Shown one piece after another: positions 34,551 through 42,795 of a DNA stretch of 64,000 bases (positions within the stretch are counted from its first letter, which is position 1; each line of letters opens with the position of its first letter). The stretch is taken from IMG/VR virus record IMGVR_UViG_3300046714_000360, positions 1 to 64,000 of that record; one strand, given 5' to 3'. A model generated the notes under the pieces. The model worked only from the letters and a program-made list of their open reading frames with translations, did not search any database and was not told where the DNA came from. A program made the position numbers and the translations under genes. The DNA comes from a virus.

Positions 34551-34905
34551 GATCACCGATAATACCGGAGCTGGGTAGTAGCAAGTGTTGCCCTGGCAAC
34601 GTTGCTACGTTGTTCATAGTGGTTGAGCTACTATTTGGTCTCCATGGGAAAAGCTAGGTTCTGCGAAATGCCTGGCATCGGTTGGTATGGTGGAGAGGGG
34701 TGAAATTCGCAGACCTCTCCACCGAGACATTAAGATCAGGTCTGTGGGACGCTTCGCCAGAAATTCACACTGGCCTTTCATGCGACTCCTAACTCGCGAG
34801 ACAGACCTGTAGGGCGGTAAAGGTGGGGCATAAGTTTTGTAGTCCTGTTGCCGATGACAGGTAGTAAGGCATCGGCTGGCGCGTCTTGACGCAATGTTAG
34901 AAAGT
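34551..34905 (+). ncRNA. candidate structured non-coding RNA region (class unknown)
   Basis: 355 nt without a plausible ORF; several perfect 7-10-bp stems and one 12-bp stem with four G-U pairs that only works on the + strand. Confidence 0.3.
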
Positions 34906-34982
34906 GGGTCATTAGCTCAGCTGGATAGAGCGTTTCACTACGAATGAAAAGGCCGGGGGTTCGAGTCCCTCATGGCCCACCA
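34906..34982 (+). tRNA. tRNA-Arg (anticodon ACG), CCA encoded
   Basis: Hand-folded cloverleaf: GGGTCAT/ATGGCCC acceptor, GCTC/GAGC D stem, TTTCA-CTACGAA-TGAAA, GGGGG-TTCGAGT-CCCTC. Confidence 0.9.
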
Positions 34983-35003
34983 GTTTTAAAAGGAGGTATA
35001 GGA

Positions 35004-35363
35004 ATGAACAAGAAGTTGCTATTGACTATGTTGTTGATGTTTACCATTTGCGCATTTGCTCAAGCTGCTCCAGCTCTTGGTGTAACGAATGATGTAGCGA
35101 CAACTGCCATCGTTAAAGCAATAGGTGTGGCAGGTGCTGTCTCTGGCCTCATTCAAATCATCAAGATCAAAGCACCCTATTTGACAGGGAACGCTGCGAT
35201 TACTATTAACGTGCTCGGTGCTTTGACAGGTGCCTGGGCGTTGTCCACTCCAGGGCAATGGAAGACGCCTAGCTTTTGGGTGCAAGTTGCTGCATCTGTA
35301 ATTGGTGCAGCAGGCGTTCATGATCTCGCATCATTCACGAAGATCTTTAAACAGAGTAAGTAG
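35004..35363 (+). CDS. secreted/membrane protein, 119 aa (holin-like hydrophobic pattern)
   Basis: AAAGGAGG SD; signal-like MNKKLLLTMLLMFTICAFAQA then three Gly/Ala-rich hydrophobic segments; the track start 34944 lies inside the tRNA. Confidence 0.6.
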   Translation: MNKKLLLTMLLMFTICAFAQAAPALGVTNDVATTAIVKAIGVAGAVSGLIQIIKIKAPYLTGNAAITINVLGALTGAWALSTPGQWKTPSFWVQVAASVIGAAGVHDLASFTKIFKQSK

Positions 35364-35465
35364 GTTTTCTTAGGGCCTGTAGGTGTCAGGAATTAGTAAT
35401 GCAGGCAGCTAAGCGGGAGGCGATTGCAGCCGCGGCGTTATCGCTTTCGTCTCTCGACACTTTGT

Positions 35466-35547
35466 TGCGGGGTGGTGATGATTCTAGAGGAAACATATCA
35501 GGCCCATAACCTGAAGGTAGCAGGTTCGACTCCTGCCCCCGCAACCA
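35466..35547 (+). tRNA. atypical tRNA with CAU anticodon (Met or Ile2), CCA encoded
   Basis: TGCGGGG/CCCCGCA acceptor, TCAGG-CCCATAA-CCTGA, GCAGG-TTCGACT-CCTGC; unusual C33 and an oversized, weakly paired D arm. Confidence 0.6.
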
Positions 35548-35551
35548 AATT

Positions 35552-35652
35552 TGCGGCGGTGGTGAAGATCAGAGTTACTTCTTAGGGAAACGGACGCAGC
35601 CCGTCCACAAAACGGGCGTGCACGATACTCTGGTCACTTGTTCCCCGCCGCA
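35552..35652 (+). ncRNA. tRNA-derived/tRNA-like structured RNA candidate
   Basis: 8-bp closing stem TGCGGCGG/CCGCCGCA; 5' ~20 nt parallels the preceding tRNA; inner 8-bp helix GATCAGAG/CTCTGGTC; apical GCCCGT-CCACAAA-ACGGGC; no T arm. Confidence 0.35.
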
Positions 35653-35659
35653 TCAAAGT

Positions 35660-35744
35660 GGGCACAGGGAGGCTGTTCAAGTCAGCTGAGGTCAGTGTTG
35701 AGCTGGCCAAAATTGGATTGCCTGTGCCCGGCCTTTAATGTTTT
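35660..35744 (+). terminator. long hairpin plus T-rich tail (possible terminator of the tRNA cluster)
   Basis: 9-bp stem GGGCACAGG/CCTGTGCCC enclosing a 7-bp inner stem; followed by GGCCTTTAATGTTTT. Confidence 0.35.
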
Positions 35745-35777
35745 AAGAAAGGAGTTACCTAAATTGAGGAGGAGTTG

Positions 35778-36383
35778 ATGAAGAAGGTTTTGAGTATTGC
35801 CATTTGTTATTTGTTGTTAGCCTGTTCAGTGAGCTTTACAACAGGTTGCAACCAAACGCCCACTGAGATTGTTCAGTCCGCTGTGAACGGTTTCACTCTT
35901 ACAAAGACGTATGTTGCCGCCGCGAAGAGTATGCTGCCACAGATCACAACACTGAATCCAGAGCTAGCGAAAGAAGTGACAGAATACGCTGCACTCGCTG
36001 ACGCTAATTTGGATAGTCTTATTACGATTGGCAATGCCTGGTTAGCTGCCCCCTCTGGGGACAAATATCAGAATCTGTTGAATGGTCTCGATGCATTGGT
36101 AGCAAATGTAGACGCTAAAGTCCTTGCCGCCGCGAAGATTACAAATACACAGTCACAGGCCCAGGTGCTTGCAGGGTTCACCATCGCATCCGTTGTCTTA
36201 CATGGTGTCCTTGTAGCGTTAAAGAATAAAGCCAGTAGCACTCAGATCAAAGCAATTCCCAAAGTCACAGGGCGCGTGCAGTTTGAGGAGATCAGACAGT
36301 ATCTCGATCGCGAGTATGCTCGACAAGAATTGACCGCGCACGGCGTGGATGCCGGGCAGGTCTTTTCAGCAATTGGTCTTTAG
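35778..36383 (+). CDS. lipoprotein, 201 aa
   Basis: GAGGAGG SD; MKKVLSIAICYLLLAC lipobox LLAC. Confidence 0.65.
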   Translation: MKKVLSIAICYLLLACSVSFTTGCNQTPTEIVQSAVNGFTLTKTYVAAAKSMLPQITTLNPELAKEVTEYAALADANLDSLITIGNAWLAAPSGDKYQNLLNGLDALVANVDAKVLAAAKITNTQSQAQVLAGFTIASVVLHGVLVALKNKASSTQIKAIPKVTGRVQFEEIRQYLDREYARQELTAHGVDAGQVFSAIGL

Positions 36384-36400
36384 TCTTTTTACAGGCCGGC

Positions 36401-36436
36401 ATGGGCGGAGATAGTTTCCGCCCATTAATTTCGTTT
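36401..36436 (+). terminator. intrinsic terminator
   Basis: 8-bp stem ATGGGCGG/CCGCCCAT, 9-nt loop, TAATTTCGTTT. Confidence 0.6.
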
Positions 36437-36449
36437 GAGAGGAGTTGTT

Positions 36450-36896
36450 ATGGGTACCAAAAAAGAAGAAGAAGGCCAATTTTTAGGTCCTGTTGGCTAT
36501 GTGCAAGGTGAAGACTTTAATGGTAACACGACAGAGTCTCTCGCCAAGTTTACGACAGATGCTGTAAATGGTTTAGCATCATTAAAGATGCAGATTGGCT
36601 TATCTGGCCATAGAACTCCTGCCTCTGTAATAGAAGGTGGCCGTGCAGATGATATTGCTGCCGCTCTCGATGCAGGTGACACAGTCCGGGCAGGGCAAAT
36701 TGCTGGTGTACGTACAACACAGACTACTGCTGTTGGTGATGTTTACGCTCGTGGAGATCGGGTGAAGTATTCAGGTTCTCGTGGTAACAAGACTGTCACT
36801 ATTCTTAAAACCAATGTTGGTGAAGTAGGAAAGTTTGAAGTCGCTGATTCGAAAGGCAATAAATGGGTCACAAGAAAAAAGAACCTAAGTCGGTAA
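36450..36896 (+). CDS. hypothetical protein, 148 aa
   Basis: GAGAGGAG SD before ATG36450. Confidence 0.6.
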   Translation: MGTKKEEEGQFLGPVGYVQGEDFNGNTTESLAKFTTDAVNGLASLKMQIGLSGHRTPASVIEGGRADDIAAALDAGDTVRAGQIAGVRTTQTTAVGDVYARGDRVKYSGSRGNKTVTILKTNVGEVGKFEVADSKGNKWVTRKKNLSR

Positions 36897-37081
36897 AGCC
36901 TGATGTTGATCTTAAGATCAAAGAGATGATTGACGATCTTGAGAATGAGACACTTCGCATGAATGATTGGGAACGCGATGAGTTCTTCCCAAGTGTCTCA
37001 GATCAATTCACAAACCGCGGAACGTTGTCAGACAATCAGTACAATTGTCTAGAGAAGATCCACAAAAGGTTGATCAAATGA
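36863..37081 (+). CDS. hypothetical protein, 72 aa
   Basis: ORF track; overlaps the upstream gene by 34 nt. Confidence 0.5.
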   Translation: MGHKKKEPKSVKPDVDLKIKEMIDDLENETLRMNDWERDEFFPSVSDQFTNRGTLSDNQYNCLEKIHKRLIK

Positions 37082-37245
37082 TTGTTTATGTTAAGTGCGT
37101 GACTGGTGTTATTGTTCATAAGGCTTGGAGTGATTTCGGTTTTGCTTTGCGGTTTCCTATCTACGGTAATGTGCGTATCTTGCAGCTCAATTGCATGCTG
37201 CCTGATCCACTACCTATCAATGTAAGCGTTGAGGCTTTGCACTAA
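37078..37245 (+). CDS. hypothetical protein, 55 aa
   Basis: ATGA overlap at 37078-37081; internal start of track ORF 37045-37245. Confidence 0.4.
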   Translation: MIVYVKCVTGVIVHKAWSDFGFALRFPIYGNVRILQLNCMLPDPLPINVSVEALH

Positions 37246-37246
37246 G

Positions 37247-38065
37247 ATGACCAAGCAAGAAGCAAGACGGAATCTTAAAGATGTCCGCAACCGTTTAAAA
37301 GGGTTGCGGGCTGATGTGCGTCGGAACGAGAGCGCAGAACGTAGATACCTCAAAGCCGCCAAGAAGATGAAGCCAGGCGGTGGCAGGAACAAGGGCAATT
37401 CGTTTGAGCGTGTTGTAGCTCACAAGATTGTCACTGCATTTAGTAAAGCCGGCTTTGACTTTGACGATCGCGATTGCTATCGTACACCATCGTCAGGCGG
37501 TCACAGGTATGCGAAGCACGAAGACCCAGGCGATCTTGTCATCGCTCCAAAGCTTCTCAAGGTATTTCCATATTCGGTAGAATGCAAGGACCAGAAGAGT
37601 CTTGAACTGTATCGCTTCTTCATTCCGTTCAGTAGGCATAAGTCATCCTGGCCCGAACATCAGTTCCTTGCACAAGCACTTGCAGCAGCTAAGCTTAAGA
37701 AGAGGCTTGCTCCGATGCTCGTGTTCAAGTATGCTTCTAAGATCTGGTGTGCTTTCCCTTGTCCGATTATGACCTATCCGCCGTCGATGACATTCCTGTA
37801 TCCTGATCAGTATAGTGAAAGGGCACACTGGCAACTGACTTTACTCAGTCGCTTCTTGAAGCGTCATGCAGAGCTGATGAAGAAGATAGGACATTCTAAA
37901 TTTGTGCAAGCACCCGCAGATGAGCGGGCATCTGATATCCACTATCGTGCTCACTGTGAGCCTATTGAGGATGTTGTAGACAAAAAGAAAGCTAAGAAGG
38001 TTAAGAGCAGTTACAAAGATGGCGACTATGGCAAGCTCGCAGACTTCATCATGCAAAGGAAGTAG
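37247..38065 (+). CDS. Hjc/PD-(D/E)XK-type nuclease-like protein (possible Holliday junction resolvase), 272 aa
   Basis: GNSFERVVAHKI..RTPSSGG..PGDLVI..YSVECKDQK fits the archaeal-Hjc-like pattern. Confidence 0.55.
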   Translation: MTKQEARRNLKDVRNRLKGLRADVRRNESAERRYLKAAKKMKPGGGRNKGNSFERVVAHKIVTAFSKAGFDFDDRDCYRTPSSGGHRYAKHEDPGDLVIAPKLLKVFPYSVECKDQKSLELYRFFIPFSRHKSSWPEHQFLAQALAAAKLKKRLAPMLVFKYASKIWCAFPCPIMTYPPSMTFLYPDQYSERAHWQLTLLSRFLKRHAELMKKIGHSKFVQAPADERASDIHYRAHCEPIEDVVDKKKAKKVKSSYKDGDYGKLADFIMQRK

Positions 38066-38665
38066 ATGATCATTCAAAAGAAATATTCGTTCGATTCCAG
38101 TCACATCTTGCCTAGGCACAAAGGCAAGTGTGGTAGGTTGCACGGTCACACGTATGTGGTAGACATCATCATTGAAGGCGAGTTGGATGAAGAAACCCAG
38201 TTCGTTCTTGATTATGGTGATTTGGATGTGTTCTTAAAGCCGCTCATCGAACAGGTAGATCATCGGCATCTGAACACTTTCATCCAATATCCGTCTGCGG
38301 AGAACATCTGTATCTACTTTGCGGACAAAGTCACTGACGCATTAAGATTGCATTGTGCATGGGCACTGCATCGTGATTATCAGCGACTTTGCGTTAGCGT
38401 CTCTGAGACACCAAAGACCAGCGCACATTGGGATTCACACAGCGACTATGATCTCCGCCTTTTGACTTTCGGCACAGGTTGGAAGGCTCCTACATCACCT
38501 TATATTGTTGCTTGCCAAGCCAATGATGTGACAAGGCAAAATGTCGTCATGAGAGATGCAGGTATCATCAATGAACAGCGAGCACTTGCTACTGAAGCAC
38601 TTGCCACTTATACAGCCGCGCTGATCAACATCCAGTTCCTTGAAAGTCTCGTGTTGAAGAAATGA
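38066..38665 (+). CDS. queD: 6-carboxy-5,6,7,8-tetrahydropterin synthase (QueD) with C-terminal extension, 199 aa
   Basis: FDSSHILP..CGRLHGHTYVVDI..VLDYGDL..VDHRHLN. Confidence 0.85.
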   Translation: MIIQKKYSFDSSHILPRHKGKCGRLHGHTYVVDIIIEGELDEETQFVLDYGDLDVFLKPLIEQVDHRHLNTFIQYPSAENICIYFADKVTDALRLHCAWALHRDYQRLCVSVSETPKTSAHWDSHSDYDLRLLTFGTGWKAPTSPYIVACQANDVTRQNVVMRDAGIINEQRALATEALATYTAALINIQFLESLVLKK

Positions 38666-39678
38666 ATACTGAGCCTATTGTCGCGTTTCTCCCCGCAGGT
38701 CTCGATGCGTGTGCGCTTTATCGCATGTTTCAGCCCCACATGCATATGCCACATTCTCGGTTCGTGTTCAGCTATAAGAAGCTGCCCATCGAAGACTTCG
38801 CAGAGGCCAAGGTTGCCGTCGTCCAGCGGCAATGTACGCAAGGCAACTTTATGGCGTTCAAAGTCATGAAGGATCTGGGCATGAAGATCATCTATGATCT
38901 TGATGACAATCTGTGGGCAGTACCAGCGACGAACCCAGCTTCTACGACATTCAAGGCAGTCCGTGAAGGACTCATAGTCATTGCATCGCGTTGTGATCTG
39001 ATTACTGTGTCTACACCTTCGTTGCAGACCGCAGTACGCACAGCTATGGCTCATTCAGGAGTTACAGGCTTACGTATAGAAGTGGTTCCAAATATGATTG
39101 ATCTGAATTGGTTTCATCAGCCACAAGTGCCGAAGGACAAAGAAAAAGTAATCTTAGGTTGGGCAGGTTCTAATACACATGCAGGTGATATTGGTTATGC
39201 TTGGGAAGCCTTGCCAAGTGCTCTTGCTAAAGTGCCCAATTTGTATATGGAGTTTGTTGGCATGGCTCCACCTGCGTCTATTGCTAATCACCCAAGAGTC
39301 AGGCAGCGTGATTGGGTAGGCGTCGGAGAGTTCCCAGCACGCTTCTCAAGTTGGGGATGGGACATTTGCATTGCCCCACTCGAAGATAATCGTTTCAACA
39401 GATCAAAGAGTAACATCAAGATGCTAGAATCAGGAGCAGTAGGTGCTGTATGTTTAGTGTCACCAGTAGGTCCGTATGCTGCCTTCTGCGAAACAGATCC
39501 TGAGATGCAGTATCTTGTCTGCTACAGTAGGCTGGCATGGGAGACCAAGATTGTTGAGCTAGCAAGTGACAGTGCTGTTCGTGCGCACTATGCTCAAGTG
39601 CTCCGGCGTAATGTTGAAGCGCAGTATGAAGTGACGCGTCATATTCATATCTGGAAAGATGTAGTGAGTTCTCTATGA
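38662..39678 (+). CDS. GT-B fold glycosyltransferase, 338 aa
   Basis: ATGA overlap with queD; IIYDLDDNLW, ILGWAGSNTH, IAPLEDNRFNRSKSNIKMLESGAVG. Confidence 0.65.
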   Translation: MNTEPIVAFLPAGLDACALYRMFQPHMHMPHSRFVFSYKKLPIEDFAEAKVAVVQRQCTQGNFMAFKVMKDLGMKIIYDLDDNLWAVPATNPASTTFKAVREGLIVIASRCDLITVSTPSLQTAVRTAMAHSGVTGLRIEVVPNMIDLNWFHQPQVPKDKEKVILGWAGSNTHAGDIGYAWEALPSALAKVPNLYMEFVGMAPPASIANHPRVRQRDWVGVGEFPARFSSWGWDICIAPLEDNRFNRSKSNIKMLESGAVGAVCLVSPVGPYAAFCETDPEMQYLVCYSRLAWETKIVELASDSAVRAHYAQVLRRNVEAQYEVTRHIHIWKDVVSSL

Positions 39679-39923
39679 TAGGACACATACTGTTGTATGG
39701 CTTTTATACGCTTGTGTGTTTAGGTGTTTGTATTGGTGTTTTTTACGGTTATGCTTATCTAGGTGCATATAGTACAGTGAAAACTCTGCCACGGGAGGCC
39801 ATGTTCTTTTGTAGCATTCACGGTTACATGTCGAAGTCTGCAGTTATCACTTTTTATAATGTAGAGTACTGTCCTATCTGTTACAATGCCAGTCTTGGAA
39901 ACGCGGAGCGTATTGATGGATAA
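39675..39923 (+). CDS. small membrane protein with CxxC pair, 82 aa
   Basis: ATGA overlap; hydrophobic N-terminus; CSIHG..CPICY. Confidence 0.55.
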   Translation: MIGHILLYGFYTLVCLGVCIGVFYGYAYLGAYSTVKTLPREAMFFCSIHGYMSKSAVITFYNVEYCPICYNASLGNAERIDG

Positions 39924-40728
39924 GCTGTGTTTTATCATGCCAAAAGATCCTGAAATCTATTTGGTGTCACTTGCTGTATTGCAATCCTATTTCCAAGAAC
40001 GCAAGCAACGTGAAGAAGTTGCAGGTGTGATTACACATCTAGTCGTTTCTGTGGTTACAGATTCTGCTCTACAGTTCTTGTTGGATGCTCTTCCAGTGCC
40101 TTGCCAAGTGCTACCTTTCGACACTGTTCTTATGTGTTCTGATTATGACCTAGTGTTTGCTTTTGATGCCGAAGCTGCATATCCTTTATCTGTTGCCACA
40201 GAGAAGCACATCACACAGACATTTGGTTTGCTTCTTGGTACTGATCCAAAGGCGCTACCAGATCTCTCCGCCCTTGTGGAGATAGAGCAGGCTATCAGCG
40301 GTATCGCAGAAGATATCGATAAGTCGTTGTTCGTTTTCAATGAGCTCAGCTTGTTCACGATCAGTGGTATTGTGCGTGCTTTTGAGGAAGATTATCCAGT
40401 TTTAAAGTGGACAGCCACTAAGTTGTGGAAACATCGTGCCAGTGCTCACGACCGCTTCTGTTCTGTGTTGCATGCTCCAATGGTAATTGGTGAACGGTCA
40501 TTCGAGACAATGATCTCCGCTGCGTTAGGAAAGACCACAGTTGAGTTCTATCCCACAACAATACACAGACGGTGGCTTTCCAAGTGGTCAGCAAAGTCGT
40601 ACCAGATGATTTACGGATTAGAGAACGTCACTCCAGTTAGTGTGCTAACTGCACTGAGGACCGCATGTCATCGTTTGGCTTTAGTAGCACGCCATCCTAC
40701 CGCGGTAGAAACGCGGATGGTACAGTAG
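39916..40728 (+). CDS. degenerate GT9-like protein, 270 aa
   Basis: C-terminal VLHAPMVIGERSFETMISAALGKTTVEFYP parallels the GT9 motif in 25025 and 58278. Confidence 0.5.
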   Translation: MDKLCFIMPKDPEIYLVSLAVLQSYFQERKQREEVAGVITHLVVSVVTDSALQFLLDALPVPCQVLPFDTVLMCSDYDLVFAFDAEAAYPLSVATEKHITQTFGLLLGTDPKALPDLSALVEIEQAISGIAEDIDKSLFVFNELSLFTISGIVRAFEEDYPVLKWTATKLWKHRASAHDRFCSVLHAPMVIGERSFETMISAALGKTTVEFYPTTIHRRWLSKWSAKSYQMIYGLENVTPVSVLTALRTACHRLALVARHPTAVETRMVQ

Positions 40729-41063
40729 AGATTAGATGCCATCTTTGTGGTAAGTTTATTAAGAAGGCGCTTACAAAGTTTATAGCCGTCTGTCTTGAAT
40801 GCGAGCAAAATGTGTCGCCAATAGATAGGCAACCTGTTCAGGAGGAGCCAGTTGTCTCTTTGTACACTGAGGAAGAATTGAAATCAGTTAAGAATGAAGA
40901 TAAGGCAGGCTTCATTCGTACTATCTTTCGTGCATTAGGCTTGCCAAAAGTAATACCGCTTAAGAAGAAAACATCGCAGGTAGTTGCAAAGGCCAAAGGG
41001 AGAATGAAACTGTTCTCTGCTAGAGATGAGAAGAAGGTCGAGGAGACTGAGGAAGATGAGTGA
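40665..41063 (+). CDS. hypothetical zinc-ribbon protein, 132 aa
   Basis: ORF track; CHLCGK..CLECEQ; overlaps upstream gene by 64 nt. Confidence 0.5.
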   Translation: MSSFGFSSTPSYRGRNADGTVEIRCHLCGKFIKKALTKFIAVCLECEQNVSPIDRQPVQEEPVVSLYTEEELKSVKNEDKAGFIRTIFRALGLPKVIPLKKKTSQVVAKAKGRMKLFSARDEKKVEETEEDE

Positions 41064-41868
41064 TAAGAAATACCCTGTGTCAGAAATCTTCACATCGCCA
41101 CAAGGTGAGGGCGTGTGGACTGGTACGTTGATGACTTTCATTCGCCTTGCCGGTTGTTGCGTTGGCAAGCCATTTCCAAAAGAGCGTTATACTGAACTGC
41201 CGCATTGTAAGTTTGAATGCAAAGGTGGAGACCCTGATATAGGCCACGGGCCTACGTGTGCGTATGCCAAGTCAGTCAATGCACATTTGCCTATCTACAC
41301 AGAGCAGTGCACCACGTATGATGGTCGGCACTTCGAGTGTGATACCGATTATCGCACCAAGTCGCTTATGACCAGCGAAGAGATTGTTACCCAGGTTCCA
41401 GAGGGAGTAAAGTACATCTGTCTCACTGGTGGTGAGCCTCTCATGCATAACCTGTGCCCTTTACTGCACGCTCTCACTAAGACTGGCCGCAAGATCCACA
41501 TCGAGACATCAGGCACTCGCATGCCGGTCATTGAGGAAGGCTTTGAGTTGTGGTTTCCTCCTAGCCGTGTTAGTAATCGCTATGATCCTTTGGTGTGGAT
41601 CACAGTCAGTCCTAAGGCCGGCGTCCTCATGCAGATGATAGAGCGCGCAGATGAGATCAAGTTGCTTGTAGACAACGCCTTCAAAGTGGACAAGTTGCCT
41701 TTTTACAATGTGTTCCCTTGGAGCAAAGAAGAGAACGTGTTCATCCAGCCGATCAATCACGAGAACAGTATCAATCAAGCCAACATGAAGCTTGTTCTCC
41801 AGCTCCAGCTTCAGTATCCGCATTGGAAGATATCTACACAGATGCACAAGCTGTGGCAGGTGAGGTAG
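41056..41868 (+). CDS. queE: 7-carboxy-7-deazaguanine synthase (QueE), non-canonical cluster loop, 270 aa
   Basis: VSEIFTSPQGEG, FIRLAGC, CDTDY, LTGGEPL, IETSGT, VSPK, EIKLLV, FIQP, QMHKLWQV. Confidence 0.85.
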   Translation: MSDKKYPVSEIFTSPQGEGVWTGTLMTFIRLAGCCVGKPFPKERYTELPHCKFECKGGDPDIGHGPTCAYAKSVNAHLPIYTEQCTTYDGRHFECDTDYRTKSLMTSEEIVTQVPEGVKYICLTGGEPLMHNLCPLLHALTKTGRKIHIETSGTRMPVIEEGFELWFPPSRVSNRYDPLVWITVSPKAGVLMQMIERADEIKLLVDNAFKVDKLPFYNVFPWSKEENVFIQPINHENSINQANMKLVLQLQLQYPHWKISTQMHKLWQVR

Positions 41869-41871
41869 CCG

Positions 41872-42198
41872 ATGCCTTCCATGGATAGGCCAATCTACAA
41901 ACTCGAATGTACTGAATGCAAAGGCGCAGTAGAAGCAACGTTTCCTGAGCCACGTGTTCATAATGATGTAGACATGATTTCGGTTGGTATTGTCTTGCCC
42001 TCCGTCGAGTGTCCGCACTGCCACAAGGTGCAATTCAAGTTATCCATTTCAGGGATGGCTATGACAGGTGCATCTCGTGATCTACTTGTGATGCAGACTG
42101 TCTGGGTAGCCTGCCCAGTATCACCTAAGTTGGTAGGTGCTACGCAGCTACCTCCATCATTAACACTGCCACCAGGAAAGAAGCAACGACCATTCTAA
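41872..42198 (+). CDS. hypothetical zinc-ribbon protein, 108 aa
   Basis: ORF track; CTECKG..CPHCHK. Confidence 0.55.
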   Translation: MPSMDRPIYKLECTECKGAVEATFPEPRVHNDVDMISVGIVLPSVECPHCHKVQFKLSISGMAMTGASRDLLVMQTVWVACPVSPKLVGATQLPPSLTLPPGKKQRPF

Positions 42199-42207
42199 GG
42201 AGATGTG

Positions 42208-42753
42208 ATGCCCCGTAAAAAGAAAGCCATCCAAGATCAGATAACAGAGCTAGCTCAGAGGGAGTACAGGGAGACAGGACGTTCCTTCCGTCCGTTGTAT
42301 CCTTGGATTCTCGTACGCATACTTCCAAAGGAAGCCTGGAGCTCTTCAGGCAGGATTGTATTGCCTGCCAGTCAAAACAAAGTGTTGTATGAAGGCATTG
42401 TGTTAGAAACATACCAGCCAGTTAAGAAGCTGGTTGACGATGCACATGTCACTGTCACATGCCCACTCAAGCCAGGCGATCAGATTGCGTTCCCACATTG
42501 GGACGGCTTCCCTGTTCCGTTTCTGAACGAACGGACACACAGGTGCATTCGGGAGATCGTGACGGAAGCGTTAGGTGGTGTGCCGTTCAAGATCGAGGCG
42601 GACGATGAAGACACTGTCACTCAGTTAGCAAGGAGGATCCAAGCTAAGAGGAAGTTGAGCTTCCAGAATGCGTACAAGCTCGCTGAGGACATCTTGCTGA
42701 AGTTCACAGTCATACCGACAGGGCAGAAGGCAAAGTTCACGACCAACGCGTAA
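42208..42753 (+). CDS. GroES/Cpn10-like co-chaperonin with C-terminal extension, 181 aa
   Basis: AAGGAG SD; FRPLYPWILVRILPKE..SGRIVLP..YEGIVLE..LKPGDQIAF. Confidence 0.5.
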   Translation: MPRKKKAIQDQITELAQREYRETGRSFRPLYPWILVRILPKEAWSSSGRIVLPASQNKVLYEGIVLETYQPVKKLVDDAHVTVTCPLKPGDQIAFPHWDGFPVPFLNERTHRCIREIVTEALGGVPFKIEADDEDTVTQLARRIQAKRKLSFQNAYKLAEDILLKFTVIPTGQKAKFTTNA

Positions 42754-42795
42754 CTGATGTAACAAGAAAGGCACACCCGTTTCAGGGAGCCTTCG

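Noticed and set aside
34944-35003. The track start of ORF 34944-35363 (MKRPGVRVPHGPPVLKGGIG..)
   Set aside because: This part is the 3' half of tRNA-Arg read as protein. The real start is ATG35004, behind AAAGGAGG.
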